In this document: positions 47,587 through 59,741 of the stretch, one piece after another
Layout: the number at the start of each line of letters is the position of its first letter
Numbering within the stretch: the stretch's first letter is position 1
NCBI GenBank assembly: GCA_030704615.1
Contig: CM060733.1
Coordinates: forward strand, 53,692,001 to 53,756,000
Source: Takakia lepidozioides
Taxonomy: Eukaryota > Plantae > Bryophyta
Length of the DNA: 64,000 nucleotides
Reading direction: 5' to 3'
Made by a program: the position numbers and the translations under genes
The notes under the pieces: generated by a model
Told to the model about the DNA's origin: nothing
Databases searched by the model: none
The model's input: only the letters and a program-made list of their open reading frames with translations

Positions 47587-48140
47587 GTAGCTCAGCTGGT
47601 AAGTGCACAGTGTGTCACCAAGGTGGTTCGGGGTTCAAACAAGTGTTGGGCAGATCTAAACCTTTTTTTAATATCCGCCAGTTTCAGGTATTAAAAACCT
47701 TTGGTTTAAGATATAGGCTAGTTCCCGTACTACCAACAATGCAAACAGCGGATCCGGGTATGCATCCGGATATTAAGTTTAGGGCCGAGATCTGCCAGGT
47801 ATTGACAGGTATTGGCTGGATATCCGCCCAACATTCCACTGGAGTATAGAACTTTTTTTCGTATTTTCATATTCGCCGGTTATGCATCTCACCAGGACAC
47901 TAAAAAATGCCGGTTCCAGGTCCGGATACATTGATATGGGGTTGATATCCCGCTGTTGATATCCCGATGACTCTATATCCGCCCAACACTGGTTCAAACC
48001 CTCCACTGCCCTGACCATGTGTGTATTGTTTGTGGCAGTCCTGTAGGTCTCATGGCCCATAAATGAAACAGGGTTAAGGGGGTTTTCCTCAAGGGCCTGA
48101 ATTGTGTGCTGTCGCTCCCCAGGTTTCCTTTTCTTAAAAA
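47587..48140 (+). mobile_element. tRNA-derived SINE interrupted by a hAT MITE
   Basis: A-box TAGCTCAGCTGG, B-box GGTTCAAAC, and tail GCTGTCGCTCCCCAGGTTTCC...A-run shared with 58615-58836. Confidence 0.8.
47641..47991. mobile_element. hAT-type MITE with ~15-bp TIRs and an 8-bp TSD
   Basis: TIR (C/A)AGTGTTGGGC(A/G)GAT and ATCCGCCCAACACTG. TSD GTTCAAAC at 47633-47640 and 47992-47999. Confidence 0.88.
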
Positions 48141-48369
48141 ATTAACAAACAAATTAAAAAAAGTGAGCATTAACTTAAGTTGTTTTGTTCAACCCATTGC
48201 ATTGTACAGCACTCTTACTAATTAATTTTTTGATTTGGTTCTAATGTAGTACATACCTCAAATGACTTCTTGAAAATCATGGCGAGTTTGTTGATTCCCA
48301 AAGAACAATTCTTGTCACCTCTCCCCCAACATGTTTCAAGCACCGAGTTTCCTGCATTTTGCTTATTGC

Positions 48370-49540
48370 ACCAGTAATCCCCAGAACAAATCCCATCTTC
48401 GAATTGCTGAGCATATCCTGTTTTCGTAGTGTTCCACAAGACCACATTTTGTTCAGCCATGTCATCGAATAATTGATGTGCATCCTCTATGTTCCCACAT
48501 TTGTCATTTATGGTACACTCCAGATTGAGCCAGGTTTGATATCTCTTCACCCTTTCCAGCGCGGCCAGGCTGGCACACACATTCAGAACAGAAACGAATG
48601 TGACATGATTGGATATCACCCCTCCAGTATCACTTGCTCACAGGTTTCCAAAGCCTCCCTACCAAACCAATGCTGAGCATATCCTGCTATCATTGAACTA
48701 CATGAGATCACATTCTGCTCAGCCATATTACCATATACTTTATGGGCATCCCTGGTGTTCCCACATTGGCATACAAGTCAAGACTTCTTCAGATTTGTAT
48801 CGATGGAATTCCAGCTTTGATGACATCTCTTTGCCCTTTCCCAGGGCTGCCAGGGTGGTACACAATGACAACCAAGTAAACATGACCTTGTTGGGCATCA
48901 CCCCTTGCTGCACCACTTGCTCATACATTGGCAAAGCCTCCCTACCACAACTGTGCTCTGTGATCAGGGCACCACATCAGGCTTCAAGCCTACCTTTTGC
49001 ATTTGGTCAAATAATTTCAGGGCCTCCCTAACACACCCATGCCCTGCAATTATTGCATTCCATGAGACCACATCTCGCTTACCCATATTGTCAAACATAG
49101 GTCGGGCATTCTTGACACTCCCCAATTTGGCATACATGTCATCCTCAGAATGATATCTAAAACAATCCCGGCTTTGATGATCAGAGTGGACTTCTTGGCC
49201 CTAATCCAGGGCTCCTTGGTTGGCACATGCCTTCAAAATGCAAGTGAACAAGGCATTGTCGGCGCCAGGCCTCTGTGTATCATTTGCTCATAGATCTTGT
49301 CAACCACTAGGCGTGCATCCACCATACTCCCACACTTGACATAATGAGGGTGTTGTACAAAAGGGAAAATTGACTTGAATCCACTTTGGACAATGTGGGC
49401 GTGCACCTGCTTTCCCTCTGCTATCTTGATGCAATCCTGAAAGAGCCAGACATAAGTCCACTAAAATATCTCATTTGTTCAAAATGTGCAGCACTCCCTT
49501 CACTTGTCCTAGCTTACTTCAGTGTCCTCACATCCCAACA
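48370..49540 (-). pseudogene. Degenerate, internally deleted PPR-DYW paralog of 27534-30077
   Basis: FEDGICSGDYW end at ~48372-48404 and PPR repeat remnants. 49310-49540 aligns with the N-terminal part of the intact gene (29690-29950). Confidence 0.85.
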
Positions 49541-50094
49541 AAGAGTGTTTGGGGACTCTCGTTGATAGAAAGGCGATGTCTCGTGGCTCTAGACACAGAC
49601 ATACATGATAGTGACTCAAATCCCCTAAAATCGACCTTATCCGAAACATCTCAGGAAGCTACGAGCAAGCTGGAAAACAGCTGAAACACAGACCATTCCA
49701 ACTCCAACATAAACTTGAGCCACAGAAGCTCCATGGTGATCCTTGAACAGTTTCTAGAATACACCGTACCTCATTGATGAAGCCAAAGCCTTCGGATTCA
49801 GGCCTGATACTTCAAAGCCCCCAGCCGTTGTACCCTCTCTCTTCCGGTTAAGCTTACTCAGAACCAGGCTGACAATACGCATGTATCCAACCCCCTAAAC
49901 TGCCATGTGCATTCTCCCAGGTGGCATGCATCCTCTCATTCCGAGTTTTTTTTTCTTCTGAAAGGAACACATTGCGATGATTCAGTACACGATAAAGCGA
50001 TCATACAGGACCTGCTATGCAAGGATAATCCAAAGGGCACACTTCTGGACGTTCCCCTGCATCGCTCGAGGTAAATGAAGGGAAAGATCCGGAA

Positions 50095-50220
50095 TCTTCT
50101 GGCTATTTTCCAGCGCTCCTACCCTGACACAGACATTGACAATGCAAATGCATGTTACCGTATTGAGCATCACTCCTTCCCCTTGCACCCCTTCAAAGGT
50201 CTTGAAAGCCTCCCTACCAG
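50095..50220 (-). pseudogene. Short PPR repeat fragment
   Basis: GREAFKTFEGVQGEGVMLNTVTCICIVNVCVRVGALE. Confidence 0.75.
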
Positions 50221-50767
50221 ACGGAAATAGAATAGACCTAACAGAAGCTTCATAGGTTACAGGAGTTGTAGTATCGGAGCCGACGGAGGAGGACAAGAGT
50301 TTCGATTTTACTCACATTTTTCTACAGCTCTTTCATGACCATAGTTGAGTGACGAGGATCGGGTGGAAGTGGCTCATGGTTTCTGCTCATGAAATAGTAA
50401 ACCTCTCTTGACATGATTCTACCAAAATGGGTCCAGTTTTTTTGGTTCAATGACAGTTCGGAGCCTGGATCTCTCCTAACTACACAACTTCGACGTCACA
50501 ATGTTAAAAATTAATGTGATTCTGTACCTGTCTTCGTGTTCCTTCAAGCCACACAGCCATCGCTGCAGTCACTTGCCTGCCCTGTCTGCGCTTCCTGCCA
50601 TCGCTCTCTAGGATCTGCTCCACGCGAAAAGCATTTCTGTACCCGGATGGATGCTTTATTTTATCATCCACATTTCTCTTGTTAGAGAGGTGGTATCTCC
50701 CAGAGGTATATATATATAAATCCGGATTTTTTTGTTTATTTTATTTTACTTTTGTGGAGAAGGAGAT

Positions 50768-51303
50768 TGTGGAGTTGGGATTCCTTCTCACCTTCCTTTT
50801 CGACATGGATGAATGGAGGAGGGATGCGCTCCGGATGATTTAGGGGATGGACAGAACCAGGATGAAGTCTGGATGAACTTACACCTTGCGCATGAGGATG
50901 AGCTGGCAACCGCTGATGACTTTATTAGGGGCTGTCTTATTTTAACAGCTAGTTTAGGATTAGATTAGGATGGGTGGTGATCTGGCTTCTTTCTATGGCT
51001 ATGTTGGAAGGGCATCTGGTGGACCTATATGTGAATGCCACGCGGCACTAGGATTAGATTATGACCTAATACTATTTAAGCCTCACTGTCGTGGCAGTGA
51101 GGGTGGTGGCTTTTTCGGTCGTGAGTGTACGCTTGGTGTAACGGTGTGCTAGAGTGTGTGGATGAATGCGTTTTGGAAGTCCGACTCTGTTGCGTCCTCT
51201 CGTGAGATTCCGTCTTCTCTGCCAGGCCCATCTATCGACTACATTCCCTAGATAGAATCAAGTCCGGTAGAGGAAGGGGAACAAACCCATAGCGTTGGAA
51301 TCA
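50768..51303 (+). repeat. Left LTR
   Basis: Aligns to 57155-57674 with roughly 25 substitutions (manual count) and a few indels. Confidence 0.93.
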
Positions 51304-51321
51304 TGGTGGAGATACGGGGTA
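51304..51321 (+). other. Primer binding site complementary to the tRNA-Ala 3' end
   Basis: TGGTGGAGATACGGGGTA versus expected TGGTGGAGATGCGGGGTA (one mismatch; tRNA sequence recalled). Confidence 0.82.
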
Positions 51322-52759
51322 GCTAAAAATCGTTGACATAGGATTTAGCTCGTACGAAACACCTGAGAACAGTAGATTATGTACGGGGGGATCCTACATG
51401 ATTGAAGGGAGAAGTAGTGGCAAAATAGCTTGTGTCTCGCGCACAAAGAGAGAGGGAGAGAGTTTGCCTGCTCGAGCTTTTCTGTGTTTTGAGAGTTTAG
51501 TAAGTACGCACTATGGCTTCCAGTTCTGAGCGTGGTTGGTTTGAGCTTGATCAATTCGAGGTCCCGCGCTTGAAGCAGACTCTGGCGTTGGGATCTCACT
51601 ACATTTGTGAGCTTGCGCGCAACCTGTTGCTTGAGCAGTTGGTTTTTATCGATTACCCGGAGGGAGAACAAGGAGCAGTTGGAGAGTGGTGAGAAGCTTA
51701 GCTGGGCTGTCTTGGGCATTCCACAATTCTCTGTGAGTCGAGAATTGGGTGTAGAGCTTGAGAGCTTCTTGCCTCCTGACAAGCTGAGCCCTCTACGGTT
51801 GTGGGAACTGGTTAAGGGAGGGACATCGATTCTGCTTGCTAATCTAAGGCCTCGAGTTCCGCCAGCCCCTACCCAGGATCCCACTTGGGAAGAGTTCATC
51901 ACAGGTATACCTGACTCTGAATTTCTTTTTTGTCCCAGTGATGTGTTGATCTTTCCGGGGGTGTGTTTTTGGCGTGAAACAATAGGTCTCTACAAGGCTG
52001 AAGAAGCCAAGGCATATCCTACTCATACGTTGTTGGTGAAGGAAAAGGTGGTGCGCAGCATTGTGCGCGTGACTTTTTGGCTAAAGAGTGAAGATGAATT
52101 GTGGGCATTCTTGGGAGAAGGAGTGTACCTGTTGCACAAGCATCGCTTCATCACATCCCACTGTTTGTCTGGGTGGGATTCGTAGCTCAGTGCCCCTTCG
52201 GACAGGTAGCCGTGTACTCTTCTTCTCATGCCTGTATTTACAAGATCTATGCTAGAAAGGGAAGCAGAAGAGACGATGGGACTAAGTGAGTTGGAAAAAC
52301 GTGCAGCGGAGGAGAGGGAAAAGACAACAATTAATGAAAAGAATAATATGGAAAGGGAAGAGTCGTCTGGAGATCACAATGATCCGGCGATTGTGCCTCA
52401 GCCCACATTTTATTTGGACGAGCTGTGTGAAGCCATGGGGGTGATTTCAAATTGCCCACCCCTTATGAATTAGATGTTGCTGAAACAAACTGAAGTTCCG
52501 GATACTACTCCACAGAAAACTGATCATGGAGAATGAATGCATAAGCAGCAATACCCTGAGTACAACTTGCCTGCCCTGATTCAACAGTTACAAAGAGACA
52601 AGAAACAGAAGGGTACTTTAAACGAACCTGGTTGTCTGTGAGGGTGTCAGATGACCATGGTAAGAACCCCAACACGCTGGTAAGTGTTGTTCTTTCTCGT
52701 GATTTCAAACTCATGCATTGTGAGGCCTATAAGCGCATCAGTAGGGACCGGATCCACCC

Positions 52760-55700
52760 ATTGATGACACAATGTCATGTGGGCCACCTTTCCTTTCCAT
52801 GTGTTATTGATACTGGCTGTACCATGTCTGCCATTCCCCTTAGTACAGTTTGCATTCTCGGATTAAAGATTAGCTCTGCTCGTGGCCTTGTGGTTACCAT
52901 AACTGATGGCACGGCATATGAACCCATTGGGTTGGTCACCTTACATATCCGCATTAGTGGGAAAATTGTCTTGCTGACCTACATTGTCACCATGGGTGAA
53001 CAAATTTTGCTGGGTCTGGATTGGATGAAGGGTGCAGAGGCCAACATTGACATCATGAACAATCTCATGTGTTTTTACAATGGTGAAGGGCATCCTTACA
53101 AGGTGAGTCTAAGCCATGTTACTATTGCCACTGGGACCTCTATGGCCAACTATTCTTGTCTCAAGCTTCAAGCTGAGTAGATGAAGGAGCAGGTGGGTTT
53201 GCATTATAATTGGGCCAGATTCAGCCAGTTCCAACCACTTGGTGATAATTTGTACCAGTGGCATTTCCCTCCACCAGGTAAGAAGTCTGGTTCTCCCCTG
53301 CCTGTGACAAAGAATACCCTGTTGCTACGTTCTCTAGTTGACTTCAGCATCCCTGCTTTTTCTCAGCGCATAGTACCTACAAGCTTAGCTTTTGCTTGCC
53401 CTGCAGGTCATTTCCTTGAGGTTGAGGGCTGGAAAAAACTTACCCTCCAAAAGCACTGTGTGGTTGCATCAGGGGTTTTAGACAAGGGATTCAAGGGAGA
53501 GGTCAGGTTATTGATTGCTAATCCTGAACGCATCAACATCAGTGTCCGCAGGGGTCAGGTCCTTGCTAGGCTCACTGCTTCTCCTTTGTCTGAGTTGGCC
53601 TCTGTTCAGAAAGGTCTCAGTCTTCATGATATTGGGCTGGTGGACTCCCTTGTGGACCAACTCCAGGCGTTTGCCTCTCATTCTGGTTCCACTAACAAAT
53701 ACACGCTTACTGCTGAAGCAGAGCAACATTTCCAGCAGGTCTTAAATGATATCAAGGTGGGTGATCATCTTGCTCCCCAGCAGATTCATCGTCTGTACCA
53801 GTTTCTCCGTGACAATCTCGACATCTTTAGTAAAGGGCTTCATGACTTGGGCCACACCACCCTTCTGGATCATCACATCATCACGGATGGTAAGCCTATC
53901 AAACAACATGCTTATAGGGAGAGTGTTCGTGAGCGCACAGTCATTCGGGAAGAGCTTACCAAGATGCTTGATGCTGGTGTGATCACCCCCTCCATATCCC
54001 CTTGGGCCAGTCCCATTGACTTAGTAGGTAAGAAAGATGGCTCCACCCGTTTTTGCGTTGACTTTTGGCGGTTAAATGCGATCACAAGAAAGATGTCTAC
54101 CCTTTGTCACGCATCAATGAAACACTGGATCAACTTAATGGGGCCACTATCTTCTCTTCATTACATTTAGCCTCTGGCTTTTGGCAAGTTTCTTTAACTG
54201 CTGCTGCTAAGGAGAAAACTGCCTTCACCTGCAGGATGGGCCTCTTCCAATTTGAAACCATGCCTTTTGGTCATTGCAACACCACTGCTACATTTCAGCG
54301 CCTTATGGACATTGTTTTAGGAAACCTTTGTTGGGAGTGTGCATTAGTTTACATTGATGACATCAACATTTATTCTACAACGTTTGATGCTCATCTGCTG
54401 GATTTGCAGCGGGTTGTGTGCAGACTTCGTGCAGCCGGGCTTAAAGTTAAAGCCAAGAAATGTGATTTTTGTATGGAACAGCTCCATTTCTTGGGCCATC
54501 TGCTTTCTGCTGCTGGCATCCGTCCTGACCCAGCTAAGATCCAAGCTGTGTGGAATTATCCAGCCCCTAGGGATAAAACATGTGTTAAGGCATTCTTGGG
54601 CTTGGGTTCTTACTATTGTCGCTTCATTTTTCAATTTGCCAAACTAGCTGCTCCACTCACTCACTTGTTATCCAAGGATGCTCGTTTTGTATGGGGTACC
54701 GCTGAAGCATCTGCCTTTGAGAAACTCAAAATTGCCGTAACCTCAGCTCCTGTGCTTGCTTATCCTGATTTTACCTTGCCATTTATCTTGCAAACAAATG
54801 CCAATGATCTAGCTATCTCTGCAGTATTGAGCCAGATTCAAGATGGTTAGGAGCATGCTATTGCCTACGCTTCTCGCCGCCTTGATAAAAATTAGCGTAA
54901 TTACTCTATCACTGACAAGGAAGGCCTTGCAGTTATCTTTGGGGTCAAATATTTTAGGCAATATTTACATGGCTGTCATTTTACTATTGAAACTGATCAT
55001 CTTCCTTTAAAAGCCTTGCTAACCCCTCGTGAACTCACTGGCAGATTAGCTCGGTGGGCTCTCATTCTGCAAGGCTATGATTTTACCATCTCCTACAAGT
55101 GTGGGAAGGATAATGTTAATGCAGATGCTTTGACTCGAGGCGATTCCAAAATCCCTGCATCTTACATTACCTTAAATGATCTAGTTTCCCCTGCTGCACG
55201 CTCTATATCACCTGCTGTGCCTGTTTCAGATCCCTATGCCTTGTGTCATTTGTTGGACTATCCTTATGTTCCTCCAGATTTGCTTGACATTTGGGATCTT
55301 CTTCAGTTTGATGTTGGTTGACTTTCCCTTGGTATTGGCATGAATTCTAGTCTGGTATGCTGCAGAAGAGTCTGGTCCTTTCCCTTACCTTAAAACTGCT
55401 CATCTTGCCTTGCGCCTGCCTTGGTTTGTTTCCCGATCGAGGGACTGAGCTGCGCCTTACAGCCTGCTTGCCTCCTCATAGGCAGCCAACTGAAAATGAA
55501 GTCAGGATTACGAAAGGAAGAGAACAGGGGCTGCCACTTTCTTCTCGCCTGCACTATCCTGCTATTGTGTGGTCATGAATGATGTAGGCATGGATGATCC
55601 ATTATACGATGCTCTTCTCCATATGTGAAAAAACGGCACCCACCTTAGTGGCATATCCAAGCTGCTCATGAGGCAAGTCAACTATTACTTACCCAGCCAC

Positions 55701-56830
55701 CGGGAAAGTGAAAGGAGATTGTTCAGAGTCACTGCTTTGGAAGGTACCTCTGCTGTGGAAGTCCATTCTAGGTCCGCTGTCCCTGCTTTGCTCGAATTAT
55801 ACCATGCTTTTACTTATGCTGGCCATTTAGGGGTTGCAAAAACTGTCAAGAGATTATAGAGCAGTATCACTGGAAAGACTAAGTTAAAGATGTCTCAGCT
55901 TTTATTGCAAGGTGTGTGCCCTGTCACGCTAAAACCATCCTACCTAGAACCGAAGCTCCGTTACCTTTGCAGCCAATCCCAGTGACTGAACCATTTGCCA
56001 GGGTTGGCTTAGATCTAGTCGGACCCCTTAAATCCACGTCCAAAGGCCATGCATACCGTGTGGTTGCTACGGACTACTTGACGAAATGGGTTGAGCTCCG
56101 ACCTCTGGTTGCTTAGGATAGTGATGAGGTGGTGCAGTTCTTCTTTGATAAGGTGATACTTCGTCATGGTTGCCCTCTTGAAATCCTTACGTGATCAAGG
56201 TACAGAGTTCTGCAACCAACTTATGGAGATTGTCTTGTTTAACCTCAACACTAAGCATGCCGTTACTGCTCCCTACAATCCCCAATGCAATGGTTTGACA
56301 GAATGATTTAACAAAATTATATGCCAGATGCTCGAGAAGAATGGAACACTCATTGATGAGTGTGATATTGTTGTGCCTATTCTGCTATTTGCCTATAGGA
56401 CTTCTATCCATGCCAGTACCAAAATCTCACCTTTTGAACTTTTGTATGGTAGAAAATGTCGAACTCCTTTGCATATCTCTTGGCTGCAGGTATCCGTTAC
56501 TGAGCTTGAGAATTAGGAAGTCCTTTTGTTCCATGGATGCTAAACGACGTAGTTTGCGTGAAACTGCAAAATCTAACATTGTGTTTGCCCACGCTGCTCA
56601 GGCCAACAATTACAACCGACGTGTTGTGTATTCTGAGTCCTTCAAGGTAGGTTTTGTCTGTTTGTGTTAGGCTCCAGCCTGGTAAGCAGATTTCTAAGGC
56701 CAAACGAAGAATTGATGGCCTTTATCTTATCTCTGATATTCTTCCTGGCAGGCAGTATGTCTTGCTCCCCCAGTATGCCTCTACTCCTCACTTAGCTAGC
56801 TCCGTTCATGTTTCACTGCTTGTTCCATGC
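52760..56830 (+). pseudogene. pol pseudogene: aspartic protease (~52760-53100), dUTPase-like (~53300-53600), RT (~53880-54520), RNase H (~54760-55135), integrase (~55790-56830)
   Basis: CVIDTGCT...LLGLDWM; IVPTSLAF...GVLDKGFKGEVRLLIAN...RGQVLARL; SPWASP...FCVDF; YIDD; GRLARW...ADALTR; GHLG...CVPC; LDLVGPL...DYLTKWVE. Confidence 0.9.
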
Positions 56831-57154
56831 ACTCTTACTTTTGATCTAACCTGTTTGAATGTTGAGAACTGTCAGGTGATCTTCACACCCACAACTCGGA
56901 CAGCTCGCACTCAACACATGACATCTTCTTATTTAGAATAGTCTTTCCATTTCGTGCTAGTTTTCTGCACCAATTGTAGCACTTGGGGTTTTTCCTATGG
57001 GATGTTTTGTCCTCCACCTAGCTTGAAGCTAGGTTTTTTCATCCCTTGTGTGCCGGGTGTGTAGTTTGTTTTGGTTAGGATTCATTTTTGTTCTTCCTGA
57101 GCTCATCACTCGCACGAGCTCGCAGTTTCTTGTGGCCCCAGCAGGCTTCACATA

Positions 57155-57674
57155 TGTGGAGTTGGGATTCTTTCTCATCTTCCTTTTCGACATGGATGAA
57201 TGGAGGAGGGTTGCGCTCCGGATGATTTAGGGGATGGACGGAACCAGGATGAAGTCTGGATGAACTTACACCTTGCACATGAGGATGAGCTGGCAACAGC
57301 TGATGACTTTATTAGGGGTTGTCTTATTCTAACAGCTAGTTTAGGATTAGATTAGGATTGGTCTGGATGATCTGGCTTCTTTCTATGGCTATGCTGGAAG
57401 GGCATCTGGTGGATCTATATGTGAGTGCCATGCAGCACTAGGATTAGATTATGACCTAATACTATTTAAGCCCCACTGCCGTGGCAGTGAGGGTGGTGGC
57501 TTTTTGGGTCTTACGCGAGTGTACGCTTGGTGTAACGGTGTGCTTGAGTGTGTGGATGAATGCGTTTTGGAAGTCAGACTCTGTTGCGTCCTCTAGGCCC
57601 ATCTATTGACTACATTCCCTAGATAGGATCAAGTCCGGTAGAGGAAGGGGAACAAACCCATAGCGCGAGAATCA
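57155..57674 (+). repeat. Right LTR
   Basis: Direct repeat of 50768-51303. Confidence 0.93.
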
Positions 57675-58228
57675 GGCTTCACAAGATACCATACTAAAAA
57701 TTGACAAAATTTTAACTAAATTGAAATATAAAAAAAACAGTGATGTAGAAAGGTGGTTAATGACTTCATCTGTTAGAAGAAGCAAGCTGGATGGAAAGAG
57801 CTTCATTCACGGGATGAGGACAGAGACGTGTATTGTGTTGAGTTTTGTATGGTATATGTATATATGTATACCTATTGAAATACATCACTTACCCGTATGA
57901 ATGTAGGATTGGATGTTTTATCTTCCTTTTTTGAGGGACCCAGTGATTTGTGTCGGGTTGTTTTGTTTCCTTTTATAATTAAAATAATAAATAAATAAAT
58001 AAAAACTGTAGACTATTCTATGCTAGGCACGTTATCCCGAATTCACTCGACGAATCCTAATTGACCGGACAGGTGCTCCCCCATTACGTAATTGCCTATC
58101 TTTCCTCCAGGTGGCGCAACACTATTGACATGTATTTACTGTACATATTTACTATTAATAATAAAGATCTCTGCATTTGCGCACGTTTTCAAATATTCTG
58201 GCGATCGGACTGATACGCGAGTTACTCT

Positions 58229-58330
58229 GAAAGAGGTTATTTTTTCCTCTGACTATAGTTAAGGGGCCTGATTTGTGAGCTGTCGCTCCCAGGTGTTTCC
58301 CTTTCTATTTAAAAAAAAACAAAAAAAAAG
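58229..58330 (+). mobile_element. 5'-truncated SINE copy (3' tail only)
   Basis: GAAAGAGGTTATTTT...GAGCTGTCGCTCCCAGGTGTTTCCCTTT plus an A-run, matching 58747-58836. Confidence 0.8.
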
Positions 58331-58614
58331 AAAACCAAGATACAAATTGAATGAAAGAGCAGAACCCCCTTGCTGATCAGCTATGAATGGATTTGAACTC
58401 TAGACCTCTCCCAATGCAAGACAAGACGTAAAACATTTCATAAATTTGGGGCCCGCCTCGGTGGTCACTCTTTTAAAAAGAAAACAATTAATATAAGTAA
58501 TAATCTTAAGTTTGACAGATACGGTAAGTATAGCTATCTTTTTCCCCGCAAATAAACTTAATAAAATTCCATGGCCTCTGTCCCCTTTTCTGTAATTGTC
58601 TAAAGGAAAAAAGT

Positions 58615-58836
58615 AACCAACAGTAGCTCAGTTGGTTAAGTGCACCGAGTGCCACCCAGATGATTCTGGGGTCAAATCTTGCTACTGACGGGTGTGGTAT
58701 GGTTCTTGGGCGGTGTCCCGCTCATTTGCCTCCATGGCGCATAAATGAAAGAGGTTATTTTCTCCTCTCACTACAAAGGGGCCTAATTTGTGAGCTGTCG
58801 CTCCCAGGTGTTTCCCTTTTCAAAAACAAAAAAAAG
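58615..58836 (+). mobile_element. tRNA-derived SINE
   Basis: A-box TAGCTCAGTTGG, degenerate B-box GGGTCAAATC, shared body and tail, A-rich end. Confidence 0.8.
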
Positions 58837-59741
58837 TATAGCCAAAAAATTAACGATAAGTATGACACATAACAGCCTTGTTCTACACACTAGCTAATTT
58901 ACAATAAACGAATGGATGAAGAAAATTTGGGGCTTAGAGGAAAAACGAGTTACGCGGATGAAGGTTGGATGGGAACATCGTCGTCCAGAATCTGCGCCCT
59001 CTGTCCTATGCAGGAGATCCATCCATCCAACGTGTGGATGGATGGCGGCAGGGAAGAGCGAGTTTCGTTGGATTGAACCCTGGCGGTCTTACCGGCTCCT
59101 CTATTCGCAGACTCGCATGTCCCGCTTAGGGATGGTCGGTCGCAGGGAGGATGGCAGCACGAGAGTGGTGGTGATGGATGCATGTTTGCTCCGCACATCT
59201 TCCAGTAGCCCTACCCTCCCTACGTTTGTTTGGGGAGGAAGGAGCGGATTACAGGTGCGGGAATGAATCAGGTTGAAAGCAAATTGCTGCATGCTTGAGA
59301 AATGCGGCAGTGCTGTCATTTGATTGCCAACACCTTGCAGCGGGTCTGGTAATGGTGGCACCGTGATGTGAGTGGAGATTTCACGATTTTCAAGCGGGCA
59401 CGAGAAGCTTCGAGAGATTGCGTAGTCAGATCGAGTGTACGTGGAATTCTGGGAATGTTGGGATTCTAGATTCAGCCGGCGGCTGTATTGAACGAGGCAT
59501 CTGCCTCAAGAGACCTCCTCAGGCTGGGGTGAGTGATGGTGTCAATGGCCTATCGCACGGGCTGCAATCAACATTCCAGGTTTTTGCCATGTTGTTTTGT
59601 ATCGTCGGGAAAGCTGAGTACTTTGTGATGACTTTAGTGGGAAGTTCGACGGGCATCCTACGATAAAGGAGATAGAGGCAGAGAACGCGTACGAGAGGCA
59701 GATGGACGAGAGGAAGGAGGGACAATAACAGTGGCGATGAT

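Larger units (their letters stand above)
50768..57674 (+). mobile_element. Ty3/Gypsy LTR retrotransposon with PR-dUTPase-like-RT-RH-INT; degenerate
   Basis: LTRs 50768-51303 and 57155-57674 (TG...CA); PBS 51304-51321; IDTGCT protease, YIDD RT, RNase H, HHCC and DDE integrase; many stops. Confidence 0.93.

Noticed and set aside
47587-47640. Functional tRNA genes (also 58622-58690 and 58385-58430)
   Set aside because: A/B boxes are present but there is no convincing cloverleaf, and the first two run into a shared SINE body and A-tail.
53178-53183. Programmed stop-codon readthrough between protease and dUTPase
   Set aside because: The element has many other random stops, and a CAG>TAG mutation is the simpler explanation.
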